64,000 nt of DNA from the IMG/VR virus record IMGVR_UViG_3300010367_000128, positions 605 through 64,604 of that record; one strand, 5' to 3'. The DNA comes from a virus. Lineage: Duplodnaviria > Caudoviricetes. Below the pieces are notes generated by a model. That model did no database searches. It worked only from the letters and a program-made list of their open reading frames with translations, and was not told the origin of the DNA. Shown piece by piece: positions 1 through 9,883 of this stretch. How positions within the stretch are numbered: position 1 is the first letter of the stretch; the number at the start of each line of letters is the position of its first letter. The translations under genes and the position numbers were made by a program.

Positions 1-120
1 GACCTGTCCGGCCCGCAGCACCTCGGCAGCGTCATGGTCTACGACACCGAGGAGGAGGCGCTCTCACACTACGACGGCCGCAGTGCCGTCGCCTACTGGC
101 CACCGAGGGCCGCCGCATGA
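1..120 (+). CDS. 3' end of hypothetical protein (truncated by window)
   Basis: Frame 1 open (DLSGPQHLG...PRAAA*); its TGA overlaps the ATG at 117. Confidence 0.6.
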   Translation, partial: DLSGPQHLGSVMVYDTEEEALSHYDGRSAVAYWPPRAAA

Positions 121-335
121 ACCGCCAGGGCGTCAAGTCATCCAACCTAAAGAGCGTCGGATACGACGCAGCCACCTCCACGCTGGAGGTGGAATTCAGC
201 AACGGCACCGTCTGGCAGTACGCCGCCGTTCCAGGCGATGTCTACCGAGACCTCATGAAAGCGCCGTCGGTGGGCTCGTACTTCGCCCGTGAGGTCCGGG
301 GCAAGTTCGAAGCCAGCAAGGCGGTGCAGTCATGA
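117..335 (+). CDS. KTSC domain protein
   Basis: VKSSNLKSVGYD..LEVEF..G.VWQY..VP..VY..LM.APSVGSYF is the KTSC pattern. Confidence 0.92.
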   Translation: MNRQGVKSSNLKSVGYDAATSTLEVEFSNGTVWQYAAVPGDVYRDLMKAPSVGSYFAREVRGKFEASKAVQS

Positions 336-853
336 GCTGCGGATGCGGCGGAAAGCGCCTGCCCAATTCCATCGTCGTGCGCTTGGAGTGCGCGCGCATG
401 GCCATAAGCCAAGGCGGCTTACCGAGCGCCGTGGAAGAAATGGCAAGAACCCTGCACCGCTTTGTGCTTGGCGGACTGCCGGGCGACGAGACAACGCTCG
501 ACGCAAGCGACCACGACCCGGCCACGCCGTTCGCCGAGCTGGCCGATGCCGACAGCGTGAAGCTGCGCAACGACGCGATCAACGCGCCGCTGATGTTGTT
601 GCGCTCGCTGCGTGAGCCGGACGTAGCTGCGCTGGAAGGCATGGGGATCGAGACCATCGGTCAGCTCGTGCAACACGATTTTTGGCCCGAACATGGACCG
701 GAGCGGCAACCGCTGTCCATGGCCGTCAGCACCGCGCTCGATCACGCACGCGGTCCACTGGAGGCGATGCGTCTGTCCTACCTGATGTCAGCCGACGACG
801 TGCGTCAATGGATTCTCGGAGCCGACTATGGCGACGAAAAAACCAGCGGCTAA
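332..853 (+). CDS. Hypothetical protein, possible RNAP alpha-CTD-like HhH segment
   Basis: Coupled ORF; LEGMGIETIGQLVQ resembles alpha-CTD. Confidence 0.6.
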   Translation: MSCGCGGKRLPNSIVVRLECARMAISQGGLPSAVEEMARTLHRFVLGGLPGDETTLDASDHDPATPFAELADADSVKLRNDAINAPLMLLRSLREPDVAALEGMGIETIGQLVQHDFWPEHGPERQPLSMAVSTALDHARGPLEAMRLSYLMSADDVRQWILGADYGDEKTSG

Positions 854-1517
854 GGGCAAGAAGCCCACCAAGGCCAAGGCTCCGCCGATGCGCAAACGTC
901 GGGCGGTGCCACTGGTCAAGTCAGGCGAGGACATCCCGCCCGACTTGGTCGACCCCGAGTTCCTGACCGAGGGCGAACTGCTCCGCCGCGAGCGCTTCGC
1001 CCAGGCTTACGTGCTGCACGGCACGCTGGCCAAGGCGGCCATGGAAGCGGGGTTCCAGTGCACCACCGTCAACTCGGCCACCGTGGTCGGCCACCGGATC
1101 TACCACGAACCGGCCGTGCGGGCACGTATCAAGGAGATCCAGGGGCAACTCGTCAACCGCATCGGCGTGACCCAGGAGCGCGTGCTCCTGGAGCTGGCGC
1201 GGGTGGCCTTCCTGGACCCGGGCGAGGTGATGGATGACCTGGGCGTGCGGGCACTGCACGACATCCCCGAGGAAACCCGGCGGGTGGTGGCCAGCTACAA
1301 GTCCAAGCGCCGGATCATCCCCGGTAACGAAGGAGCGCCGGACATGGAGGAGGAAGAACGCGAGGTCCGCTTCGTCAGCAAGGACGCCGCGCTGGACAAG
1401 CTGTCGCGCTACCTGGGCATGTACGAGAAGGAGAAGGACGACAAGGGACTGACCACCGAAGATTTCGTGAAAGCCCTGGGGGAGGGCATCGCCCGTGCCG
1501 CAAATCGAGCGCGCTAG
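828..1517 (+). CDS. terS: Terminase small subunit
   Basis: RFAQAYV..AAMEAG, VTQERVLLELARVAF, K.AALDKL.RYLGMY; directly upstream of TerL. Confidence 0.88.
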   Translation: MATKKPAAKGKKPTKAKAPPMRKRRAVPLVKSGEDIPPDLVDPEFLTEGELLRRERFAQAYVLHGTLAKAAMEAGFQCTTVNSATVVGHRIYHEPAVRARIKEIQGQLVNRIGVTQERVLLELARVAFLDPGEVMDDLGVRALHDIPEETRRVVASYKSKRRIIPGNEGAPDMEEEEREVRFVSKDAALDKLSRYLGMYEKEKDDKGLTTEDFVKALGEGIARAANRAR

Positions 1518-3021
1518 AAGCTCTGCCGGCGCCCGGAAGAACCTTTCCGCGCTGGACAAGGAGCTGGCCAAGCAGATCGGCACCTACTTCGCCGATCCGC
1601 TCGGCTTCGTGCTGTTCGCGCTCCCGTGGGGCGTCGCGGGAACGCGTCTCGCCAAGCAGTCCGGCCCCGACCAGTGGCAGGTGGAAATCCTCGACGAGCT
1701 GGGCAAGCGCGTCCGAGCTGGCGAGAACATCGCTGAGGCACTGCCCGTGCTGATCGCGGTGGCGTCCGGCCACGGCATCGGCAAGACCGCGCTGATCGCC
1801 TGGATCATCCTGTGGTTCATCGCCACGCGTGAGCACCCGCAGATCATCGTCACCGCCGGCAAGAAGGAACAGCTCCAGGGCAAGACATGGCGTGAGCTGG
1901 CCAAGTGGAACAAAATGAGCATGTGCGGCCACTGGTTCCACTGGACCGCGACCAAGCTGGAGCATGTGCTGTTCCCCGAGACCTGGTTCGCCAACGCGAT
2001 CCCCTGGTCGAAGAACGCGCCGGAAAACTTCGCCGGTACCCACGAGGAGCACGTGCTGGTCATCTTCGACGAGGCATCGGCCGTCGACGACCTGATTTGG
2101 GAGGTGACCGACGGCGCCATGACCACGCCGGGCGCCATGTGGATCGCCTTCGGTAACCCGACGCGCACCACCGGCCGATTCGCCCAATGCTTCGGCAAGT
2201 TCAAGCACCGCTGGTACACCAAGCACATCGACAGCCGCACGGCGAAGATGGCCAACAAGGCCTATCTCCAGCAGATGGTCGACGACTACGGCGAGGACAG
2301 CGATTTTGTGCGTGTGCGTGTGCGCGGCTTGTTCCCGCGCCTGGGCAACATGCAGCTGCTTTCCGTTGAGGACGTCGCGCGTGCATGCAAGGTCGAGCCC
2401 AAGGGCTACGAGCGCTTCGGTCGCGTCATGGGCGTGGACATCGCCCGCCACGGTGACGACCAGTCGGTCATCGCCATGCGCCAGCACCGCAAGATGGAAC
2501 CGCTGATCCGGCTACGCATCCCGGACCTCATGCAGTTGGCCTCGCGCATCGCCGAGGCGATCGACGAGTACAGCCCGGACACGGTGTTCATCGACGCCAC
2601 CGGCATGGGTTGGGGCGTGGTCGATCGCCTGCATCAGATGGGCTATCACCACGTCATCGGCGTGCAGACGGGCGAGGCCTCCAGCCAGCCGGATCGGTTC
2701 AAGAACCTGCGCGCCGAGCTATGGATCGCCCTCCAGACCTACGTGCGCAACGGTGGCCAGCTGCCCTTGCTGTCGAACGGCCGCATCGACCCCGAGCTGG
2801 AAAGCGAACTCACCGAACCGGAGTACGGCTTCGACGACCAACAGCGTTACGTGATCGAGTCGAAGAAGGACATGAAGAAGCGCGACCTGGCCAGCCCGGA
2901 CGGGGCCGACGCCATCGCGTTGACCTTCATGGCGCCAGTGGCGCCCACGCGCAAGAAGAAAGACACTTGGCGGAACCGGCTGCGCTCCAAGCAAGCGCGC
3001 GGTTCCTCGATGGCCGCCTAA
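1495..3021 (+). CDS. terL: Terminase large subunit
   Basis: Walker A ASGHGIGKT, Walker B VIFDEAS, GNPT, nuclease GVDIAR and SPDGADA. Confidence 0.96.
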   Translation: MPQIERARSSAGARKNLSALDKELAKQIGTYFADPLGFVLFALPWGVAGTRLAKQSGPDQWQVEILDELGKRVRAGENIAEALPVLIAVASGHGIGKTALIAWIILWFIATREHPQIIVTAGKKEQLQGKTWRELAKWNKMSMCGHWFHWTATKLEHVLFPETWFANAIPWSKNAPENFAGTHEEHVLVIFDEASAVDDLIWEVTDGAMTTPGAMWIAFGNPTRTTGRFAQCFGKFKHRWYTKHIDSRTAKMANKAYLQQMVDDYGEDSDFVRVRVRGLFPRLGNMQLLSVEDVARACKVEPKGYERFGRVMGVDIARHGDDQSVIAMRQHRKMEPLIRLRIPDLMQLASRIAEAIDEYSPDTVFIDATGMGWGVVDRLHQMGYHHVIGVQTGEASSQPDRFKNLRAELWIALQTYVRNGGQLPLLSNGRIDPELESELTEPEYGFDDQQRYVIESKKDMKKRDLASPDGADAIALTFMAPVAPTRKKKDTWRNRLRSKQARGSSMAA

Positions 3022-3036
3022 CCTGGAATCACGCGC

Positions 3037-5154
3037 ATGAGCGTCAACGACCCGAGCACCCTCCCCAAAGGCCCCGGCGCCATGGCACAGCAGGCCGTGG
3101 ACAATTGGGTGCGCTACCAGTACGTCCGCGATCGCGGTCACTTCGAATACTGCGAGAAGGCCCAGCGTCTTGAGCAGTATTACCTTGGCGGCGGCGAGCA
3201 GTGGCTCCCCGAGGACCGCGCGATCCTGGAGTCCCAGGGCCGCCGGCCCATCGAGATCAACGAGATTTTCGACGCCATCAACAACGCGCTGGGCTACCAG
3301 GTGGCCAACCGCGTGGATATCTCGTTCCGCCCACGCGGCGGCGGGGCGACCGAGGAGCTGGCCTCCACGCTGTCGAAGCTGGCCATGCAGATCGCCGACT
3401 CGACCAAGCTGCAATGGCATGAATCGCAAGTCTTTTCCGATGGCATGATCCAGCAGCGCGGCTACTACGAGGTGCGCCTGGCCTTCGACAAGAACATGCA
3501 GGGCACGATCGATATCAGCGTGCTCGATCCCATGGACGTCATTCCCGACCCGGATGGCAAGGAATACGACCCCGACACCTGGTCGGACGTCACGATCACC
3601 CGCTGGTACAGCCTCGATCAGATCGAGAGCTTCTATGGTTCGGACGCCCGCCGTGCGGTCGAGGATCGCTGGGCAGGCGATCCGCAGCAGGATTTCGGCG
3701 ACGACATCAACGAGACCCAGCGCAATACCTTCGCCGCCAACGACGAGACCGGGCCGCGCTACGACGCGTTCTACAACGACGGCGGCATCCCACGCTACCG
3801 GATCATCGACCGCCAGTTCTGGCAGATCGTGCCGACCACCGTGGTGGTGTTCCCGACCGGCGACGTGCGTAACGCCGAGGACGCCAGCCCGGAGAAACTG
3901 GCTTACTGGCGCGCCAAGGGCGCCAGCATCTTGAAGCGTCCGCAAAAGCGCGTGCGCTGGGTGGTGACCACGTCCGATTCCATCCTGTTCGACGACTGGT
4001 CGCCCTATGACCACTTCACCGTGGTGCCGTTCTTCCCGTACTTCCGCCGGGGCAAGACCCGGGGCGGCATCGACAACCTGGTCGGCCCGCAGGATCTCAT
4101 CAACAAGGGCATGAGCCAGTACCTCCACGTCATCAACACCACCGCCAACGGCGGCTGGATCGTCGAGCAGAACAGCTTAACGAACATGACCACCGAAGAC
4201 CTCAAGGACAACGGCGCGACCACCGGCCTGGTCATCGAGCACCGCAAGGGTGCAGAAAAGCCGGCGAAGATCGAGCCCAACCCGATTCCCTCTGGGCTGG
4301 AAAACATCATCCAGATGGGCTCGTCGAAGATCAAAGCCATTTCCGGCTCGTCCGACGAGCGCAATGGCACCGCCGGAGGCGCCAACCAGGCCGGCATCGC
4401 GGTCCAGGCCAAGCAGTTCGCCGCGCAAATGTCGCTGACCGTGCCGCTGGACAACCTGGGACGCACGCGGCACATGCTCGCCCAACGCCTCCTGGAGCTG
4501 ATCCAGGGCTACTACGACGAACCGCGCGTGTTCCGTATCACCAAGACCGGCGCCGATGGCCAGCAGACCACCGAGGAGCTGGCGATCAACCAGGTCAACG
4601 AGGACGACGGCAGCGTCTTGAACGACGTCACCGTGGGCGAGTACGACGTGGTCATCGCCGAGCAGCCGGCGCAGATCACCTACGAGAACAGCCAGTTCAA
4701 CCAGGCCATGGAAATGCGCAAGCAGGGCATCCAGGTGCCCGACGACGTCGTGCTGCGTTACTCGGCGCTGGCCGACAAGGCCGAGGTGATCAAGCGCATG
4801 AACGACGCGCCCAAGGGCAATCCGCTCGACGACGCCAAGGCGGTCCTGGCCCAGGCCCAGGCCGAGGTGGCCAAGGCCACCGCCGTGTCCAAGAACGTCG
4901 AGGCCATGTTCTCGGGCATCCGCACCGCGCAGATCATCGCGCAGATGCCGCAATCCGCGCCGATCGCCGACACCATCGTCCGCTCGGCCGGCTTCGTCGA
5001 CAAGGACGGCGGCGACGTCTACGGCAACCCGCCACCCGCTGGCGCGTTGCCCCCCGCTCCGAATAACACCCACCCCGCTACCCCGGATAATCCGGATCGC
5101 GGGCTTGACGCCGGCATCGAAAACGGCAACCCGCAACCCGTAGCAGGAGCATGA
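3037..5154 (+). CDS. Portal protein (P22-like)
   Basis: YYLGGGEQW..D..L..GR..IEINEI, VGPQDLINK; 705 aa following TerL. Confidence 0.9.
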   Translation: MSVNDPSTLPKGPGAMAQQAVDNWVRYQYVRDRGHFEYCEKAQRLEQYYLGGGEQWLPEDRAILESQGRRPIEINEIFDAINNALGYQVANRVDISFRPRGGGATEELASTLSKLAMQIADSTKLQWHESQVFSDGMIQQRGYYEVRLAFDKNMQGTIDISVLDPMDVIPDPDGKEYDPDTWSDVTITRWYSLDQIESFYGSDARRAVEDRWAGDPQQDFGDDINETQRNTFAANDETGPRYDAFYNDGGIPRYRIIDRQFWQIVPTTVVVFPTGDVRNAEDASPEKLAYWRAKGASILKRPQKRVRWVVTTSDSILFDDWSPYDHFTVVPFFPYFRRGKTRGGIDNLVGPQDLINKGMSQYLHVINTTANGGWIVEQNSLTNMTTEDLKDNGATTGLVIEHRKGAEKPAKIEPNPIPSGLENIIQMGSSKIKAISGSSDERNGTAGGANQAGIAVQAKQFAAQMSLTVPLDNLGRTRHMLAQRLLELIQGYYDEPRVFRITKTGADGQQTTEELAINQVNEDDGSVLNDVTVGEYDVVIAEQPAQITYENSQFNQAMEMRKQGIQVPDDVVLRYSALADKAEVIKRMNDAPKGNPLDDAKAVLAQAQAEVAKATAVSKNVEAMFSGIRTAQIIAQMPQSAPIADTIVRSAGFVDKDGGDVYGNPPPAGALPPAPNNTHPATPDNPDRGLDAGIENGNPQPVAGA

Positions 5155-5156
5155 CC

Positions 5157-5357
5157 ATGGCTAGCCCGACCAGTGAATCCGCAGGCAAGTACGTCCCCGC
5201 CATCGAGCGCAAGAGCGGTTGGGATGACTATGACCTGGACGGCTTCTTGCGTACCCTATCGGACGCCGAGAAGATCAAGAAAAACAAGCCACTGATGGCG
5301 GCGTTGCGCAAGACCGCGCAGAAGAAGGTCGCCGCTCTCCAGGCGATCACGAAGTAA
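5157..5357 (+). CDS. Hypothetical protein
   Basis: AGGAG RBS 7 nt before ATG 5157; between portal and scaffold. Confidence 0.7.
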   Translation: MASPTSESAGKYVPAIERKSGWDDYDLDGFLRTLSDAEKIKKNKPLMAALRKTAQKKVAALQAITK

Positions 5358-5378
5358 ACCCAGGCCAAGGAGCCCACC

Positions 5379-6383
5379 ATGCCACGCGATACCGAATTCA
5401 ATCTGGACGACAGCAACAGCCAGGGCGGCGACGTCCCGGATATCTACGACGACGGCAACGGTGGGTTCACCGACGCCGACGGCAACCCGGTCGATGCCGA
5501 CGGCCAGCCGATCGAGCCCGAGGACCGTGGCGACGAGGTCCTCGAAGACGACCCGGACGCCAATGCGGACGGCAAGGGCGAGCCGACGCCCGATGACGAA
5601 CTCGACCCGGATCTCCTGGACGAGCTGGCCGGCGGCAAGTCCAAGACCGTGCCGATCACCCGGTTGAACGAAGTTCTCGACCTCAACCGCCAGCTGATGG
5701 ACATCATCAAGAGCGTCCCGTCGCTCCAGGCCGCCCCCGTCAAGGAGGACAAGCCGAAAGAGCCGACCTTCGACCTGGCCGCCAAGCTCAAGGAGCGCAA
5801 CGCCAAGCTGACCGACGGCGACGAGGAGGGTGCGCTGGCGCTCGACCTGGAGATCGAGGAGTACCGGATCAGCGAGGCCACCACCCGCGCCCAGGCCAAC
5901 GCCATCAAGGCGGTGACCCAGCAGAACGAGCAGAACGCGGTGCAGGCCGTGGCGGATGCGGCGGTGGTGAAATACCCGTTCCTGGAGACCGACAACGACG
6001 CCATGGACGAAGTGATGATGTATCGCGATCACTTCTTCAAGAAGGGCGCCTCGCTGTCGGTGGCGTTGAGCAAGGCGGTGGAAAAGGTCTGCCCGGCCAA
6101 GGCCAAGGAACTTGGTTTCGAGGATGACCCGCCGGCCGACAAGGAAGACAAGCCTGGCAAGAGCAAGCCGCGCGTGCTGTCCCTGGCCGAACTGCGCAAG
6201 GCCCGGGCGGTCAAGCGCAACGTGGGCGTCGAGCAGCGCCAGCCGCCGCGCGTCAATGGCACGGGCAACCCGAACAGCCGCACGATCAACCCGGCCAACC
6301 TCAACATCGAGGACATGCCGGACGAGGAGTTCAACGCGCTGCCGGAGGAAGTGAAGGCCAAGCTGCGGGGCGATACCGCATAG
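5379..6383 (+). CDS. Capsid scaffolding protein
   Basis: Acidic disordered N-terminus, VPITRLNEV, helical core, C-terminal DEEFNALPEEVKAKLRG; upstream of MCP; AAGGAG RBS. Confidence 0.8.
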   Translation: MPRDTEFNLDDSNSQGGDVPDIYDDGNGGFTDADGNPVDADGQPIEPEDRGDEVLEDDPDANADGKGEPTPDDELDPDLLDELAGGKSKTVPITRLNEVLDLNRQLMDIIKSVPSLQAAPVKEDKPKEPTFDLAAKLKERNAKLTDGDEEGALALDLEIEEYRISEATTRAQANAIKAVTQQNEQNAVQAVADAAVVKYPFLETDNDAMDEVMMYRDHFFKKGASLSVALSKAVEKVCPAKAKELGFEDDPPADKEDKPGKSKPRVLSLAELRKARAVKRNVGVEQRQPPRVNGTGNPNSRTINPANLNIEDMPDEEFNALPEEVKAKLRGDTA

Positions 6384-6386
6384 TTC

Positions 6387-6415
6387 TTGCGAACCCGTTC
6401 ACACTTGTGCATGAT
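6387..6415 (+). promoter_or_regulatory. Sigma70-like promoter upstream of capsid gene
   Basis: TTGCGA (6387-92), 17-nt spacer, CATGAT (6410-15) with extended TG. Confidence 0.55.
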
Positions 6416-6419
6416 CCGT

Positions 6420-6656
6420 CCTGCGTGTGTCACCTTGGCAGGGGCGGACGTCCAGAGGCGGGGAGGCCCATCCTCCTCGCCGATGGTTTAGTTCAACCGC
6501 AGTGACAGGTAACGGCGCCTGCAAGCCGTGGGTCGCTCCCAACGCGTTTCAGCTTGACCCGAGCGTTAACAGGGTGGGACGAGGCAACCAACAAGCCTCA
6601 CGACACGAATGGCCGTCCTGGCCACGTCTTCCCCATCTTTCCGGAGTCAAGCAGCC
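6420..6656 (+). ncRNA. Candidate structured leader RNA of the capsid gene
   Basis: About 235 nt non-coding with at least six complementary helix pairs (see findings). Confidence 0.4.
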
Positions 6657-7757
6657 ATGGCCGCTACCAATTTTGCCGCCCTCACCCCTCGCCAGAAAAT
6701 CGTCTGGGCCCGTGAGGTCTGGAGCGAAGCGCGCGATAACACCTTCACCAAGCGTTTCACCGGCACGTCCGAAAACTCGATGATCCAGCGGATCACCGAG
6801 CTGACCAAGACGGAAAAGGGTGAGCGCGTCCTCATGCAGCTGGTGGCCGACCTCGTCGAAGACGGTGTGATCGGTGACAACCAGCGCGAGGGCAACGAGG
6901 AGGAGATGCAGTCCTATAGCCAGGAAATCACGATCGACCTGATTTCCCACCAGGTGAAGAACAAGGGCAAGCTCGCCGAGCAGAAAACGGTGCTCAACTT
7001 CCGTCAGCTCGCCCGCTCGCGCCTGGCCTACTGGCTGACCAACCGCATCGACCAGCTCGTGATGCTGAACCTGGCCGGCGTCAGCTACGCGTTCACCAAC
7101 TCGGGCGCCCCGCGCTCGTCCAAGTCGCCGTTCAAGAACCTCGCGTTCTCGGAAGGCAACAACCCGCTGACCAGCAAGCGCCACATGATGTGGACCGGCT
7201 CCGCGCTGGTGCCCTCGGACACCACGCAGGTGACCTCGGCCTACAAGCCGTCGTACGCCATGATCGTGGACGCCGTGGCCTACGCGAAGGATCACTACAT
7301 CAAGCCCCTCATGGACGGCGGCAAGGAGTATTACGTGCTCCTTGTCAAGCCCGGCACGCTGGGCGCGCTCAAGAAGGACCCGGACTACCAGCGCGCGATC
7401 GTCACCGCGATGCCGCGTGGCAAGGAAAATCCGTTCTTCACGGGCGGCGTGGTCACCGTCGATGGCGTGGTGCTGCACGAGCATCGCCTGGTCTACTCCA
7501 ACACGGCCGCAGCGGATGGCCAGCGCTGGGGTGCGGGTGGCAACGTCACCGGCACCCGTGCCGTCCTGTGCGGTGCGCAGGCGCTCGGCATGGCCGACAT
7601 CGGCTCGCCCGAGTGGGACGAGGAGTGGTTCGACTACAAGACCAAGCAGGGCATTTCGATCGACAAGATGTTCGGCTTGCTCAACCCGCAGTTCTATTCG
7701 ATCTACGACAAGTCGGTCGAGGACTTCGGCAAGCTGACCATAGACCTCTCCCTGTAA
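6657..7757 (+). CDS. Major capsid protein (N4-gp56/DUF4043-like)
   Basis: TNFAALT, IQRITELTKTEKGER..QLVADL..DGV.GDN..EGNEE, LCGAQALG.AD; GGAG RBS before ATG 6657. Confidence 0.92.
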   Translation: MAATNFAALTPRQKIVWAREVWSEARDNTFTKRFTGTSENSMIQRITELTKTEKGERVLMQLVADLVEDGVIGDNQREGNEEEMQSYSQEITIDLISHQVKNKGKLAEQKTVLNFRQLARSRLAYWLTNRIDQLVMLNLAGVSYAFTNSGAPRSSKSPFKNLAFSEGNNPLTSKRHMMWTGSALVPSDTTQVTSAYKPSYAMIVDAVAYAKDHYIKPLMDGGKEYYVLLVKPGTLGALKKDPDYQRAIVTAMPRGKENPFFTGGVVTVDGVVLHEHRLVYSNTAAADGQRWGAGGNVTGTRAVLCGAQALGMADIGSPEWDEEWFDYKTKQGISIDKMFGLLNPQFYSIYDKSVEDFGKLTIDLSL

Positions 7758-7768
7758 CCAGGGACGCG

Positions 7769-7806
7769 ACAAGCGGCGGTTTCCGCCGCTTGTTGTGGTG
7801 TTTTTC
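7769..7806 (+). terminator. Stem-loop after MCP (terminator or mRNA stabiliser)
   Basis: ACAAGCGGCGG-TTT-CCGCCGCTTGT 11-bp stem followed by a T-rich tract. Confidence 0.7.
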
Positions 7807-7836
7807 GTCCATCCCATTGCCCATACAGGTGCCGTC

Positions 7837-8280
7837 ATGTCCCTCCAGAATCCCAAGCTGATTTCGAACCTCGACGGTCGAGCGGCTGTCGCCGCCGGCT
7901 ACATCGAGCTGACCCTGGCCAACTTCGTCGCGCGTAACAACGTGATCGACATCGACCTGCCTCCGGGTAGCGAACTGGTCTCCGGCCACCTCAACGTCAC
8001 CGACGCGTTCGACGCGGCCACGACCGACACGATCAAGGTCGGCGACAACGCGAACGACGCCCGCTACCTGGCCGCCTCCACGGTCAAGGCCACCGGCCGT
8101 ACGGTCCTGGTCCCCACCGGCTTCATCAATACCGGCGACACGCATACGCTGCGTGTTACCCGCGTGGCGAGTGGCACGGCGGCGACCAAGGGCACCGTGC
8201 GCATTTACTTCCAGTATGCCGAGATCGGCAAGTCCGACTGGACCCAGGGCGATCAGGGCGCGGGTTACTATCCGACCTGA
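7837..8280 (+). CDS. Capsid cement/decoration protein (Bbp16-like)
   Basis: IDLPPGS...G.LNVTDAFD..T..IKVGD....RYL beta-rich pattern; follows MCP. Confidence 0.65.
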   Translation: MSLQNPKLISNLDGRAAVAAGYIELTLANFVARNNVIDIDLPPGSELVSGHLNVTDAFDAATTDTIKVGDNANDARYLAASTVKATGRTVLVPTGFINTGDTHTLRVTRVASGTAATKGTVRIYFQYAEIGKSDWTQGDQGAGYYPT

Positions 8281-8290
8281 TCCACCGACG

Positions 8291-8320
8291 AAGGAGGGGC
8301 GGTAACGCCCCTCCTTTTCC
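8291..8320 (+). terminator. Rho-independent terminator
   Basis: AAGGAGGGGCG-GTAA-CGCCCCTCCTT then TT; GNRA loop. Confidence 0.75.
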
Positions 8321-8354
8321 ATTGACCGCTTAATGCCCCGCCACGGAGTACGTC

Positions 8355-8783
8355 ATGAACGACAAGACCGAAACCCCCCGCTGGTACTCGCCCGACGGCA
8401 CCCCAATCCATGTCTACCTGCCCGACGGCAGCAAGGCGATCGTCGCCGAAGATCCGCGTGAGTTGCCGCGCAAGTTCTGGAAAGCCGCCGGCCGCGCCGG
8501 TTGCATGACCACCGGCATGCCCAACGTCAAGGACATGCAGCCACCCCAGGGCAATCCCGAAGACGACGCCGAGACGCGCATCGAGCTGATCGCGGCGGCC
8601 ATCCAGGAAGCCATGGGCCAGGAAGAAGACGCGCCCGGCTACGAGGACGCCTTCACCAACGCCGGCAAACCCAACGTCCAGTGGCTTTCGAAGAAAGTCG
8701 GCTTCACCGTCACCGCTGCCGACCGCGACGAGGCTTACGACCGCGTCGAACTCGAAGGCGAGGAAGAAGAAAGCGAGGATTGA
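8355..8783 (+). CDS. Hypothetical head-module protein
   Basis: GGAG RBS; FTNAGKPNV..LSKKVGF.VTA.DRDEA small helical motif. Confidence 0.75.
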   Translation: MNDKTETPRWYSPDGTPIHVYLPDGSKAIVAEDPRELPRKFWKAAGRAGCMTTGMPNVKDMQPPQGNPEDDAETRIELIAAAIQEAMGQEEDAPGYEDAFTNAGKPNVQWLSKKVGFTVTAADRDEAYDRVELEGEEEESED

Positions 8784-8788
8784 TTGGC

Positions 8789-9451
8789 ATGGACTTCGCG
8801 GCGCTCATGGCGGCTCTACGGGTACGGCTCGACGACAAGGTCGAGCCGTTCTTGTGGGCGGACCAAGACCTCAAGGACTACCTCAACGAGGCCTGCCGCG
8901 AGGCGGTCGAGCGATCGCTGTTGATCCTCGACCGCACCACCACCGCCATTTGCGCCATCGCCATCGACCCGGACACGCGGGTCTACGAGCTGGACCCGCG
9001 TGTCATCGACGTGCACAAGGCATGGCTGGATCGCCGTCCGTATTGCTACCTGCGGCGAATCGCCGATGCCTACCCCACCGCGCTCAATTCCGGGCTGGCC
9101 GAGTTCTATTCGGTCGTCCAGGAAGGCGGTCGGAAGTTCCTGACCCTCGACCGCGTGCCGAGCGCCGAAGACCCGGCGACCACGCTGTTGCTGGAGGTCT
9201 ATCGGTACCCGCTGGCGCCGATGGTGGACGACGACGACGTGCCGGAGCTGCCCGAGGCACGCCACCGCGACATGCTGCATTGGGCGGTCTATCTGGCCTA
9301 CGACAACCGCGATCCCGACGCGGGCGACGTCAGCAAGGCGCAGACCGCCGCCACCCGATTCACCGAAGCGTTCGGCGAGAAGATCGACGCCAACGTGCAC
9401 CGCAAGCAACTGCGCCACCAGCCAACCGTCAGTCGACCCATCCCATTCTAG
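8789..9451 (+). CDS. Head-tail adaptor/connector
   Basis: LR.RLDD...FLW.D.DL.DYLNEA.RE, PELPEARH..MLHWA.Y.AY; podovirus adaptor position. Confidence 0.75.
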   Translation: MDFAALMAALRVRLDDKVEPFLWADQDLKDYLNEACREAVERSLLILDRTTTAICAIAIDPDTRVYELDPRVIDVHKAWLDRRPYCYLRRIADAYPTALNSGLAEFYSVVQEGGRKFLTLDRVPSAEDPATTLLLEVYRYPLAPMVDDDDVPELPEARHRDMLHWAVYLAYDNRDPDAGDVSKAQTAATRFTEAFGEKIDANVHRKQLRHQPTVSRPIPF

Positions 9452-9463
9452 GAAGCCGCCGCC

Positions 9464-9868
9464 ATGGCCAATGCCCTCTATGACAAAGCCCGTGAGCGAC
9501 TGCTACGGGGTCAGTTCGATTGGATCAACGACACCATGTCGGTCGTCCTGGTCGACAACGGCACCTATACGGTCAACCTGACCACCCATGAGTATTACAA
9601 CGCCGTGCAGGCGGGTGTGATCGCCGGTCCGGTGGCGCTGGCCTCCAAGACCATCGTGTCCGGGGCGGCCGATGCCAACGACGTGACGTTCTCGTCCGTG
9701 TCCGGCGCCAGCATCGAATCGATCGTGATCTACAAGGTGGTGACCAACCCGGCCGATTCGCCGCTGTTGGCCTACATCGACACGGCCACGGGTCTGCCCA
9801 TCACCCCCAACGGCGGCGACATCATCGTCACCTGGGACAACGGTCCGAACAAGATTTTCAAGCCCTAA
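9464..9868 (+). CDS. Virion structural/tail protein
   Basis: MANALYDKARE...ADANDVTF...LPITPNGGDIIVTWDNGPNKIF, a common phage tail-protein pattern. Confidence 0.8.
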   Translation: MANALYDKARERLLRGQFDWINDTMSVVLVDNGTYTVNLTTHEYYNAVQAGVIAGPVALASKTIVSGAADANDVTFSSVSGASIESIVIYKVVTNPADSPLLAYIDTATGLPITPNGGDIIVTWDNGPNKIFKP

Positions 9869-9883
9869 CCGGAGCGCAGACCC

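Noticed and set aside
2306-2326. GTGCGT tandem repeat
   Set aside because: Encodes the ordinary VRVRVRG terminase motif
6609-6656. Longer MCP start at 6609
   Set aside because: No good RBS; GGAG precedes ATG 6657 and TNFAALT is the typical N-terminus
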